From NCBI RefSeq assembly GCF_009914755.1, contig NC_060925.1: a stretch of DNA of 64,000 nt; one strand, given 5' to 3'. This stretch comes from the human T2T-CHM13v2.0 reference genome, Homo sapiens. Position numbers and translations under genes: made by a program. Below are positions 38,301 to 49,674 of the stretch, piece after piece; position 1 is the stretch's first letter, and the number at the start of each line of letters is the position of its first letter. The notes under the pieces are model-generated. The model saw only the letters and a list, made by a program, of their open reading frames with translations. It searched no databases and was not told the DNA's origin.

Positions 38301-40591
38301 CCCCTACCTGTCATCTCCATTTTCAAAGGGGCAAGAGCCACCTACCTCCAGAACCCCCCGGGGCTCCAGTCCTCAGGCGCCTGGTGTGGCGGTGGTGGCT
38401 TTGGGTCCGGCCCTGGTGGTCTTCTCACACTGGCCAGCCCTTGTGCAGGATGGCCTGGGGCTGGGGGGTACCCAGGGCTCTCTCAGGTGGGCTGAGATGT
38501 GAACTGACCAGCTGGCAGCTCCGTCCATCAGCAAGGACAGGAATGAGGCCTGGGCCTGCCTGGCCACGCTGGGCTGGCCCGCCCTCCACTCAGTGGGGAC
38601 CTCTCCTACCCTCCCTGCTGGGCTTCAGGGGCCTTTCCAGCCATGGCTGGGACCTGTGAGTGGCCAGGGGCTGGGGGGCTGCATGCTCCCAGTGGCCTCG
38701 TGGCCGTGATCACAAGGGGCTGAGTGCCCTCTGCCTCAGCTTCCTGCCACTGCAGCTTCTCGCCAGGGTTCCCCAGCCGCCTGCTCCCCAATGTCTCCTG
38801 GCCTTCCTCCCGGGACGCTCCTTGGGTTCTGAGATCTGCTGAGATGGGGCCTGTGTGTTGCGGGACGGGGCCGCACCCACCCTGGGGGAGCGGCTGAGCT
38901 GCTGGATGGCCTCCTGCCTCTCAGGGGCCCAACAGCGACCTGCAGGCAGTCAGGGAGGACTCCCTGAAGGAAGCGGTTTCCTCAGTGTCTGACCACAGGG
39001 CAGTCACAAGTTCCCCAAAGGCAAAGGTGGCTCACCCCGAGTCCTGGCTGCACCCTGGTACCCACAGCCTCGTGTGGAACATGAACCATCCCGGTCCCAG
39101 GAGGCGCGTGCTGGGAGCGGCTCCCAGCCCTTGGATGATCTTTCCTCTTGCCTAATGGGCAGGCTGCTTTCTTTTCTGTTTTAGACCTGAAAAAAAAAAA
39201 AAAAAAGCATTTGCCAGCATAGCACTGATGGCCACCCGGCCCATGCTGTCCACCGGGCGGGTGGTAGGGAGGGCAGAGAGCAACGTGCGGGCCTCAGGCA
39301 CCAAGAAGGCCGCACAGGCAAGGGGCTGGTGGGCGCTGGGCTCACTGGTGCATCCCTGCAGGGCTGACTGGCCCCAGGCTGTGTGTGTGAGTGGGGGTGG
39401 GCCATGCCGTCACTGTGGGCACCCAGGCCTGTCCTCGGGAGCTCTGACAGCACAGGGAAGGTGGCCGGCTGGGTGGGGACTCAGGGCAGGACACCGGGCT
39501 GCCTGGGGCGGGGGGACTCCTATCAGTCCCCGTAAGGCCCTGCTCAGTGCCCGGCCCCTGTGAGGCTGAGGATGGGACAAGGGTGTGTCCTGCCGTCCAG
39601 ACACTGGGACCTTGTGCAGGCATCCAGCTGCCTTGGAGCAGATGGCAGAGACCCTGGAGCAGGGCACTAGCAGGGGGCTGGGCACCTACAGCAGGAGCCC
39701 TCAGCCGGGACCCATGACACAGGAAGGGCTGGAGGCTGGGCTGGACAGTCCCCCTTGGGCACTGGCCTGGCCTGACCTGGACATGCCGAGTGGCCGGGGA
39801 ACGGGTGCCAGGCTGGCCCGAGTGGCCTTCCTGCTTTCACAGGAACTGGCAGGCCGGGTGGACCCAGTGGGTCCAGCAAGGTTGGTGTGACCCCTGCTTC
39901 CTGGGCCTGGGGAGAAGCTGGGCTCCATCTGTGCCCCTGGAGCAGCCAGTGGCTGAGTGGCCGGAGGAGATGCCTGAGGAGGCTCTGGCTCTGCCCTCAG
40001 GGACGCTCCCGCCCAGACCGCGCCCATACAGGCAGCCTGCCCCCAGTATGGGCAGCCCCCCAAAGACCCATCTGCACAGGGATGATCTCGAGGCCACGTT
40101 TCATTCCCACTTCAGCCTCCTGTACTCCCGAGTCTCACTGGCTTCTAATCTGCACTTATGCAACCATGGTAAAAAGTGACTACATCTGGGGATGTCCCCG
40201 TACGCTGTGATGTGTGCTTGGCCGTCTCTGCAAACGGGGGCCCGAGGGGCTGGTGCTGCTTCTCAGCAGCCTGGGCCACGCCGGTCTTGCAGCGTGGCTG
40301 CTCCTGGGCACTCTTGAGTCACTGCCTCGTAGTGACCTGGCCCCCTCATTGCAGACTCAGCCCCGAATCCTGCTCCCCGGTGGCTGGGTTGCACCCATCT
40401 GGAGGTGGGGCTCAGGAGGCGGCCTTGGTGATGCCAGGTGGTCAGTGGGTTTTTGCCACCCGCCAGGAGCTTCACTGGGCCTCCCGTTGGCCCTGCATGG
40501 GACATGGTGACAAATGCCACGCTGGTGACAAGCCCTCTCTGGCTTGTTTATTTTGTCTTGTTGGAGATGCACGTGCCCCTTGCAGGCTTGC

Positions 40592-40865
40592 CGGTGGTCT
40601 TCCTTGCCAGTGGTCCTCCTTCCTGGTGGTCCTCCTTCCTGGTGGTCCTCCTTCCTGGTGGTTCTCCTTCCTGGTGGTCCTCCTTGCCGGTGGTCCTCCT
40701 TCCTGGTGGTCCTCCTTCCTGGTGGTCCTCCTTGCCGGTGGTCCTCCTTGCCGGTGGTCCTCCTTTCCGGTGGTCCTCCTTGCCTGTGGTCTTCCTTTCC
40801 GGTGGTCTTCCTTTCCGGTGGTCTTCCTTTCCGGTGGTCCTCCTTGCCTGTGGTCTGTCTTCCTT
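40592..40865. repeat. 16-bp minisatellite (GGTGGTCCTCCTTCCT / ...TTGCC)
   Basis: About 16-17 tandem copies visible. Confidence 0.93.
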
Positions 40866-43142
40866 GGGCTGACACTGAGCCAGCGCTTATCTGAATGCAG
40901 TGCTGGCGCGTGGGGAATACGCTCCTGAGTCATTCACACGCAGGACCGGCCGGCCGTGGACGGCGGGCAGTGTTTGGAGGCCAGTTTCTGCTCAGCGCCT
41001 CATGGTGGGGCTGTTTCCTTGGCACCGTGAGGGGCCGGTCCATGCAGCCAGTGGAAGCGTCCATCGGCCCCTCACCACTCTGTTCGCTCCCCTCTGGCCT
41101 GTTTGGCTCCAAGCGAGCACCCTGAGCTGGGACCTGGGCCAAGCGCTCTTCTGCTCCGGCAGTGACTGTACTCCAGCTGGCGCTGTCCAGCCCTGCCCAG
41201 GCCCTTTCTGCCCTCCGGTTCCTCCCCTTGCTGCTCTAGCCTGGCCTAAGGGAGGGGCCCGTGCCCCCATGGGACTGGCCCTTCATGTCCCCAGGGGCCC
41301 TGCTGTCCAGGAAAGCAGCCCATTCTCTCCAGGGCTTTTCTAAGGCCATGCTGCCCCGGGGTCCCAGGCCGGGTTCCCCCAAGAGCTAGGACCCCTGACC
41401 ACTGCTCTGTGTCTCCCAGACCAGAAGCCCTCTGGGTGCGGGGCCTACCTCTGGTTTCCTCACTTCCTCTCCAGCTCTAAGCCATGCCCACACACAGCAG
41501 GTGGTTAGTAAACCCCGGCTGATGGCTAGGGGTATGGAACAGGTGGGCTGGAGACAGGCAAGGAAGGACGCAGAGGGTGGCAGGTCTTGGCCCCGGGGCA
41601 TGGGCCGTGTGGGCTCCCTCTGGCCTGAGAACCGAGTCTGAGGACTGGGATCCTGGGAGCCAAAGGCAGGGGCTTAGTGGCATAAAAGGGACACTGCTTC
41701 TTTTTCAAGGATTTTCATATTTTTAACGATGCAAGCAGCTGGGAGGCCTGGGGCGGCACCCAGGTGTAAGCTGGGCTGCTCGGGCCTGATGACCCTGGTG
41801 GAGGCTGGTGAGGCTGAAGGGGCTCCTGGTCCTGGGGGTGGGGACTGGCCTGCCTGTGGGGCCAAGGCTGTGGGGGCCTTTGACCAGCAGCCAGGGGCTG
41901 ACCTGAGCTCAGGTTTCACCGTGACTGACCGTGTGGACTTAGCAGGTCTCACAGCTTCTCTGAGCCTCAGACCCCTCAGTGCAGCGGCAACACTCCCCAC
42001 CTGCAGGGCAACAGCTGCGGGTTCGCCTCTTCTCTCTCTGCCCTTCCTTCAGCAGGCCCTTGAGGCTGGGTGCCAGCCTGGTGGCGTGGGGGCTCAGGAG
42101 TGTGCCCAGTGCCCCTCTCTGGGGCCGGATCTCACACCCCCACATGGGGAGGGCCTGGGTGGGGCCAGGTGGCCAGCAGCTCCTGACAGACCCTGCTGAG
42201 GGTGTGTGTCCTGGGACGTGGCTGCATTGGTGGCCATGGGGCAGTGTTCGTCCTGCAATCCTGCTCACTGGACTCCGTGCCAGGCTGGCCAAGGCTCTGC
42301 ATGGCTGCTGCATGCGGGCACAGAATCTAGGTCAGGCTGTTGCAGGGGGGTAGGGCTGGGCAGCCAGGGCAGTGCCTGCTCCCTCAGCGTCCAGTGGGGC
42401 TCTGCAGCCCGGGGCTGGACACCTGACCCACCGACCTTGGCCAGGGCCCTTCTGGTGGTGCCTGAACCCCCTGGCAAGGCTGTCCTTCAGCAGGGAGGAG
42501 GGAGGCATGTGGGCACCTGCTGTGACTGTGGATGCTGCTAGCAGGGCGGGCTGAGCTCGGTCCATGTGGGACCTGGCCCCTGGGCACTGGGAGGCTAGGA
42601 TGTGTGGGTCCTGCTGAGATGATTCAGGGCAGAGCCTTCCCGAAGCTCCGGTCCCTGTGGCTGGCTCAGCTTTCGCTCCCTGCTGGGTTACCCAGCCCTG
42701 GGGCCTCGGCTCCCCTCCAGCCCGCAACAGGGAACACTGTGGGGACAGTGACGCCCACTGGACACCCCATCCCCATGCCTCCCGCCTCTGTGGGCCTCAA
42801 ATCCAGCTGTTTCTTGCTCTGTCTTCTTTGTTTCTTCTGCGCCTCTGCCTTGGCATTAACAATGTTCCCTTTGAACCTGTCTGCAACTCCCCCAGGCTTG
42901 GGGGAACCAGGAGCAGGGCTGGGGCCTTTGTTTGGGGAATGGCACCATGGAAGGTGGGCAGGGCAGCTGGGGATGCCAGACTCATCCCCACCCAGGGCCT
43001 CTGCATCTGGCCTTCCCTGGCCATCCACCCGGGACCCCCTGTCCCATCAGCTTGTGTTTGCTTGAGTCCCACTTTCTTGGGGCTGCCTCCCCTGGCGCCC
43101 CCTCTCTGGAACTCTGCCTGCACTGGCTGTGCCACTCGGCAG

Positions 43143-43608
43143 CCCCTCTGCCTGACACCCCCTCTGCCTGACACCTCCTCCACCTGACACCACTCCGCTT
43201 GACAACCCTCCACCTGACACCCCCTCCGCCTGACACCCCTCCGCCTGATACCCCCTCCGCCTGACACCCCTACACCTGACACCCCTCTGCCTGACACCCC
43301 CTCCACCTGACACCCCCTCCACCTGATACCCCCTCCACCTGACACCCCCGCCTGACACCTCCTCTGATACCCTCTGCCTGACACCCCTCTGCCTGGTACC
43401 CCCTCCACCTGACACCCCTCTGCCTGACACCCCCTCTGCCTGACACCCCTCTGCCTGACACCCCCTCTGCCTGACAGCCCCTCTGACACCGCCTCCACCT
43501 GACACCCCCTCCGCCTGACACCCCTCTGCCTGACACCCCTCCACCTGACACCCCTCTGCCTGACACCCCTCCATCTGACACCCTTCCACCTGACACCCCC
43601 TCTGCCTG
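43143..43608. repeat. 16-17-bp minisatellite (CCTGACACCCC(C)TC(T/C)(G/A))
   Basis: About 28 tandem copies visible. Confidence 0.95.
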
Positions 43609-46600
43609 ATGCGTGGTCTTGTCCCCATGGCCTGCTGTCAGGTGGTCACCCCAAGGCATCTTGGTCCATCCGGGGCAACTACGGTCAGTCTGGGTGGCCC
43701 GTGGTCAGTCTGGCCAGGTCCTCACTGGTCTGTCTTCCTCCTCAGCCAGGCGACGTGCTCCTCTGTGACCTTAGAGCCCCAGAACCGAGCTCTGGGCTCT
43801 GGGCATCGCTGGGGTGGTTTCACATGGGGCCCTGGGGGCTGAGGCAGTAGGGGATCTTTGTGCTGGGGACACAGCAGGGCCTTAGAGGGGCATCCCTTGC
43901 CTTACGCTGTGCTCCCACCCCCTAGCCACTGCCCAGGACAGGAGGTCGCTCAGCCCATCCTGGTGCCAAGATGTGTGTCGGGGTGGTGGGGGTGGATCTG
44001 GCCCTTCGAGGCCCCCACAGTGGGCTTAGTTTCCTAACCGAAGCCGTAACATCCATAGAACTCTTAAACCAGGCAAGAAAGCAACACGGAATTCGCTTTG
44101 ATGTTGAATAATTAATGAAATGTCTGAGGTATGGGCTTCTGGGCTGTGTCTCTCCCAGCCGCAGAGCTGTCAGCACCGTCTCGTCATTGGAGGGGCCTGC
44201 ATTTCTGTCTTTAAATGTGCGCTTGGCACCTCTGAGAGGTAATTAGGACGTTCTGTGCACGATGAGGAGGCTGGGGTGCTCACCTCCAGGGGGCTGCAGG
44301 GCCAGTGCGACTGTTGTGGACCAGCCCCGGAGGGGGAGCTGCAGGGTCAGCTGGGCTGTGAGACCCCGGGCAAGAGTCCCCTGCCTCAGTTTCCCTATCT
44401 GAAAAGTGAAGAGGTTGGATCCAGGGGCCTCTGGGGGCCCGTCGAACTCAGACATTCCAAGGTGGTGGAGGAGCAGAATCAGGGACACATGGGGGACCTC
44501 GCTGTGTCCCCAGGTCGCCCTGGTGCTGGTAGGCAGGCTGCAGAGCCCCTGCCTGCTGAAGTTTGCTGAACGGGGCTGCAGCCGAGAATCTGTTTACTGC
44601 AGCAGGTCATCGGGAAGCGTTTCCTTGGAGACATATGTAGGACAGAACTCGGAAGCTGAAACCGAGGCACCCCACGAAGGCCCCACACCGCTGGCGGGAG
44701 GCGGTTTCTCAGGGCTCTGCTCCTGGAGGCTGCTGGGAGACAGCTGCCGCCCGGAGACTGGTCAGAGCCCGCGACCCGAGAACAGGGCTCCTAGCCCCTC
44801 CTCACAGCAGTGGCCACCCAGGGGGATATCACACTTGGACCTTTGGTGCAAGAATGTCCCCCGCCAGACCGCACTGAAGGTGCCCACTGCCCTCCTCTGG
44901 GAACCCTCCTCCCCATGGCCTGAGCCAAGGCACCAGCTGGCCAGGCCCTTGGAGAACTGCTGGTCCTCCCTGGTTCAACACAGGGAAACTGAAGCCGGAG
45001 AGGCAGTGAACTCCCATGGGGCACACAGAGTCGGGCAGAGTCAGGGTGTGAACTGGGGTCTCCTGAGCTGGCCGGAGCACTGCCCTTCCCGGCTCCTGTC
45101 TACAGTGGCATTTTCTGGAACACACTCAGGGCACCCCTTGCTGGCAGCCCCAGAGGACATGGTGCTGGGCTTCTGTGCGGTGGGATCGCTCGGCAGCTGG
45201 TTGCGGGTGTGACCAGGCCACTGGCCTCCCTGGCGGCACAGGATGCTGCCCACTGTCCAAGAGAGGGCTCTGGGGCTCAGAAGCAGCTGGGCTGTGGGAA
45301 GTCCTGGGGGTGGAGTCTCTTTCCATGGGGTTCGAGTGTTGGCAGGGGGGCTTCACGAGCTTCTCCCCTCCCCACTCTGCCCTTACTCTGGTCTTCCCGA
45401 TGTGCATCTCCATCTTTCCATCCTTGGCTTTCTCTGGGGCTGTTTGTGCTCAAACACAGGGTCACCTGCGGGCTCAGAATTGGCAATCCTGACGCAGGCT
45501 GGTGCATGGAGTGCTTATCTGGCCCCTGGGCATGCACACGAGTGCACAGAGGTCCTCAGGGGTGCCTGGGAGCCTGGAGCAACCCTGGCCTATAGTGGCC
45601 CCTGTCTTTGGGCTGGCCGTGTCTTCCTGAACCTGTGCCCTGGGGCAGGGGCCACCTAAATGGTTTTCTTTGGAGATGAGACGTGAAGGAACTTTTGCTG
45701 CAGGATGGCTGAGGAGGGGGGCCACCTCCTGCTCCCCCAAGCCAATGGAGAAAGCAGGAATGGAAGGTGCACTGCAGGGAAGCCGGGGCCTGGGCTCTGT
45801 CCGGACTCAGCTGCCTCCCACCCCTACCCCTGTGAGATGCTGGGTGGTGCCCTGCCTGCTTGGGGCCTCTGTCCAGCCTGCAGGGCAAGAAAGCCCCTCC
45901 AGCTGAAAGAGATGAGATGGAGACACTGCGGACTCTGGGGTGGGCAGCATGGAGGTCAGGGCAGCACCTGGTTCAGGTGGCCTCGGGCTCACGGCCAGCT
46001 CTCAGTCAACTCACACAGACTGAAGACGGGACCCTCAGGCTCGGCTCTGCAGGAGGCGTTAGGGGCTCAGCAGGCCCTGAGGCTGGGCTTGGTGTCACTG
46101 AAGCCCAAGAGGGCAGGGGAAGTGGCTGCCTTTGTGTGCAGAGCCAGGGCCCGGGGAGCAGGTGTGCAGTGTTTCCATTGCACATCAAGGAAACTGAGGC
46201 ACAGGGGAAGGGGGATCAGCTCTGCCCACCTACAGGCCTAGCTGAGAACCTAGGGCTGTGGGCCAAGGTCTAGGCTCGCCCTGTCTCAGGGTGTGGTCTC
46301 CTCCGGCCTCTGTCCTGGCAATGCCTGTGAACCCAAGGAGAGATCCAGCCAGGGCTCACAGCCAAATCCAGCCTTAGACTGTGGGGACAGGGGCAGCCTC
46401 TCAGACCCGGAAGGCAAGAACCAGTCCCAGAAAGTGGGGCTGAGGAGACACAGCTCTGGGCCTACAGGGTGGGGACCCTCTGCCCTCTGCCCTCCACCCT
46501 CCGGCCAAGGCAGAAGCTGGGTCTGGTCCTCCCAGCTGTGCCGGCCCATGGGCAGGGGCTCTGGCGGGCTCACAGCTGGCTCTGCGTCCCTGGATGTGCT

Positions 46601-48479
46601 TGTTCCTTCCAGTCGCCTTCTTCAAACGAGGAGAAAATTAAACTCCCTGGGGCCTGGCTCCCCTGCCACCATGGTGCCTCCTCACCTGCTGCCCGCCGCC
46701 TGCCGCCCGCCACCTGCCACCCGCCGGGCCAAATGCTCTCAAAGACAGAATTCTGCTTAAATGCCCAGAAAAGAGATTTAGGAGATCAGAATCTTAAGCA
46801 AATTAACATGTGCAGTGGGCGGCTTTTAATCACCGCCTTTAATCGCAGGCCGCAGTGACGGAAATCATCTCCTGGCTGAGTGGCGGGCGGGGCTGGCCCT
46901 GAGGATGGATTATTCCTTAGAACCTGAACCTGGGTTTCACCGGCCTCTGGAAGGGGGCTCAGGGGCCTCTGTCCACTCCAAGGAGGCGTGGCTGGGTCAG
47001 GACCTGCAGCCCGCACACCCCTCTCCCTCCTTCCCACCCTTGGGCGTGTCTGTGGCTTTCGCCTTCTGTCTCCTCTCCCCACCTCAGTTTCTCCCTTCTG
47101 AGACTTGGGGCTGCTGGCCCTTTCCTGAGTGGACTGTCCCAGGGGACATGCAGAGCCCAGGTGTGGGGGATGCTGGGACGCCTGTTGCTCCTGGGCCACT
47201 GGTTGCCTCTGGCACACGTGCACTGCAGTGTCATTGCCTGGACAGCCCCCATTGTGGCCTGGCCTCCCCTCAGCCCTGCCACTCAGCTCAGCACCGGGAC
47301 CCACTGAGACCTGGGGCCCAGAGGGAGGGGGCCGCCCCTCCCTTCTCGCAGCTGTGCCCAGCCAGGCGGACACAGGCCCTGGGACCCTGGCTGTGCCGAA
47401 TGGGTCGTGAGAGAGACTGTTCATTCACGAGGGCAGGTCCCAAGAGCCCAGGGCAGGGGCTGGTCCAGCCGAGGGTCCTAGGCCACCTGAGTGGTGGTAA
47501 AGGCAGGAGGCAGCTCCTTTGAGGGTGCCAGGCAGCTGCGCCCAGGGGCCTTCCTTGGCAGGACCCAGGTGGTGACTGCAGCTGCTGGTGGCTCCCCTCC
47601 CCCTCCACACCTGGGGCCCCGCATGGCAGGAGGTGGTCACACCTTGAGGTGGCAGCGGCTCAGAGAGCCCAGAGGTGGCCCCACATCCTCCTGCCCGGGC
47701 CTGCGTGCCTGCCTGCCCTGCCCACATCCGGGGCTCAGTGTCCACACAAGCCTCCCAGGCCGCACTCTGGGATGGGGGCTCAAGGCTCCTTGGGGCAGAG
47801 GTGGTACCTTTCAGAACACCCCCCATGGGTGGACGTCTCTTTTGTCTGGAAAATGTTACGTCCCTCAGATGCTGGGAGCAGCGCGTGCAGGGGGAGGCAG
47901 AATGCTGGCTCGGAGAGGGAGAGGACCCCAGCGCGGGCAGCTCAGCACTGGACAGACAGGGCAGGGAGGCGAGGGGCTGGGAGAGCACAGGAAGGGGTGT
48001 AGCAGCACGCAGGGCTGCAGCCGTCACCGTCACCATCACCAGGAGCTACTGCTGGGACTCGGCCTCCCCCAACGCTGGACGCCCCCCAGGGCAGCCAGTG
48101 AAATGTCACCTCAATGACCCTTGGCAGTGCTCAGCCCTTCCCAGAGGCCCTCCTGGGGTGAGTGGCTCTTCTTGGCTGCAGCCTGCGGGGCCTGGGGTGT
48201 AATGACCAGAGGGTCCCTGTGGTGGAGGGGCAGCCAGCCAGGGAGCATTTGGCTCTGGTCCTGGGGGTGCAGCCACCCCTCAGTAGGAGGAGCCCTGCCG
48301 GGAGGGAGGGAGGGAGGGAGGACAGGATGAACGGTGGGTGGTCGCTCAAGCTGCTATGGGAAGAGCCAGCAGCCAACCCGCCTCCCCTTCTGGCCTCTCA
48401 GCGGAGCCAGCTCAGCTCCCGCCAGAGACCCCAGCCCAGGTGCCCTCCCTTCCCACTCCAGCAGAGGCTGCTGGGCCCG

Positions 48480-48730
48480 GGCTGGGCAGCCAAGGGTTAA
48501 GTGGGCGGGGCTCCCACGGGAGGGGCGGTCCCAGCGGCGGCCCCGTCCCGCCTTCCCCTCGCCTTCCTCACGGGCGGGCGCGGCAGGGCAGCGTGTGGGG
48601 CTGCGATCGGCATGGGCTCTGCGCGCGGGGTGCCCCTGCTCGGGCTGGGGCTCAGGGGACGCCGGGGGCCAGCACAGGGCCCGGTGTCCCTCGGGCCGTG
48701 CCGGTAACTGGGATTGGCACCCGCCGGCCA
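48480..48730 (+). promoter_or_regulatory. CpG-rich promoter of the MEEPG first exon
   Basis: GGGCGGGG and GGGGCGG GC boxes and clustered CpGs directly upstream of ATG 48730. Confidence 0.7.
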
Positions 48731-48772
48731 TGGAAGAGCCTGGGCCCCCAGGTGGGCTCAGCCAAGACCAAG
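48730..48772 (+). CDS. PLCH2: PLCH2 alternative first coding exon (MEEPGPPGGLSQDQ, phase 1)
   Basis: Strong Kozak GCC-ATG-G at the end of a CpG/GC-box-rich patch; donor AAG|GTAAGG; in frame with exon 59586. Confidence 0.85.
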
Positions 48773-49303
48773 GTAAGGGGGCAGGTGGGGTCCCAGAAGG
48801 GGGTTGTGATGGTCCCCGTGGGGAGCCCAGGACCGGACCTGTTCACTGGTGACCCGCCCAGGACCGGACCTGTTCACTGGTGACCCACTGACCCCCCGTG
48901 GGCAGTGCAGAGCTCCTCCCAGCAGGGTCTCCGGGAGCACGGCCCAATGACCCCATTACCTGCACATCCCTCAGACTCGGTCCCAGAGGAGGGATGCTGC
49001 CCCCACCCCTTGGCGCCCCCACCCTGCCTCATCTGCCCCTGTGCTGACACGTGAAAGCGAGAGGGTCTGCTCCCTGCAAAGGGTCCAACACAGTCCAGGT
49101 GGGCGGTGGGGGAGGCGCCCTCAGCCATGCCAGCACGGGTCCTGACCTCCAGCTTGATCCCAGCGGATGCACACTGCTCGGGTGGGGGGCAGGTCTGGGG
49201 GTGCCAGGGGCTGGTAGGCTCTGGCTTTTGGCTCTGGGGGCTCTCCTGGCCCAACCCCACCCCAGCCCCTGATCCAGGTTGGCAGAGGTGGCCCTGAGCT
49301 GCA

Positions 49304-49324
49304 GTCAGCACCATGGACAGGGGC
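49304..49324 (+). promoter_or_regulatory. REST/NRSF binding site (RE1)
   Basis: GTCAGCACCATGGACAGGGGC versus consensus TTCAGCACCAYGGACAGCGCC; both cores intact with canonical spacing. Confidence 0.75.
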
Positions 49325-49579
49325 AGCTGCTGCTTTCTCTGGGGGGCCTGCAGTTGCTGTGCGTCCTCAGGGTTCCCTGGAGTTACACTCTGGTCTGGCC
49401 CATCCCGCTCCGCTCCGGGTTGGAGATTTCTTGCTGTGATCTGTCACGCTTTCCTGACCTGGGAGCCGGACATTGCCCTGCGCAGACAGAGCGGAGCAGC
49501 AGGGGTGGCGGAAGCCCCGGGGCTGTTCACAGCAGGAGCTTCCGAGGGGCATCCTGGGCAGGCCCCTTCAGCACTGGCT

Positions 49580-49674
49580 GGGGCAGGGTCTCCAGCTCCC
49601 CAAACACAGCGCTAGCTCTGGGCCAGAGGGGCAGGGTCTCCAGCTCCCCAAACACAGCGCTAGCTCTGGGCCAG
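49580..49674. repeat. 2 x 48-bp tandem duplication
   Basis: GGGGCAGGGTCTCCAGCTCCCCAAACACAGCGCTAGCTCTGGGCCAG occurs twice, identically. Confidence 0.9.

Noticed and set aside
40176-43659. Repetitive ORFs over the 16-17-bp minisatellites
   Set aside because: Peptides cycle through frames with the non-triplet period; no coding evidence.
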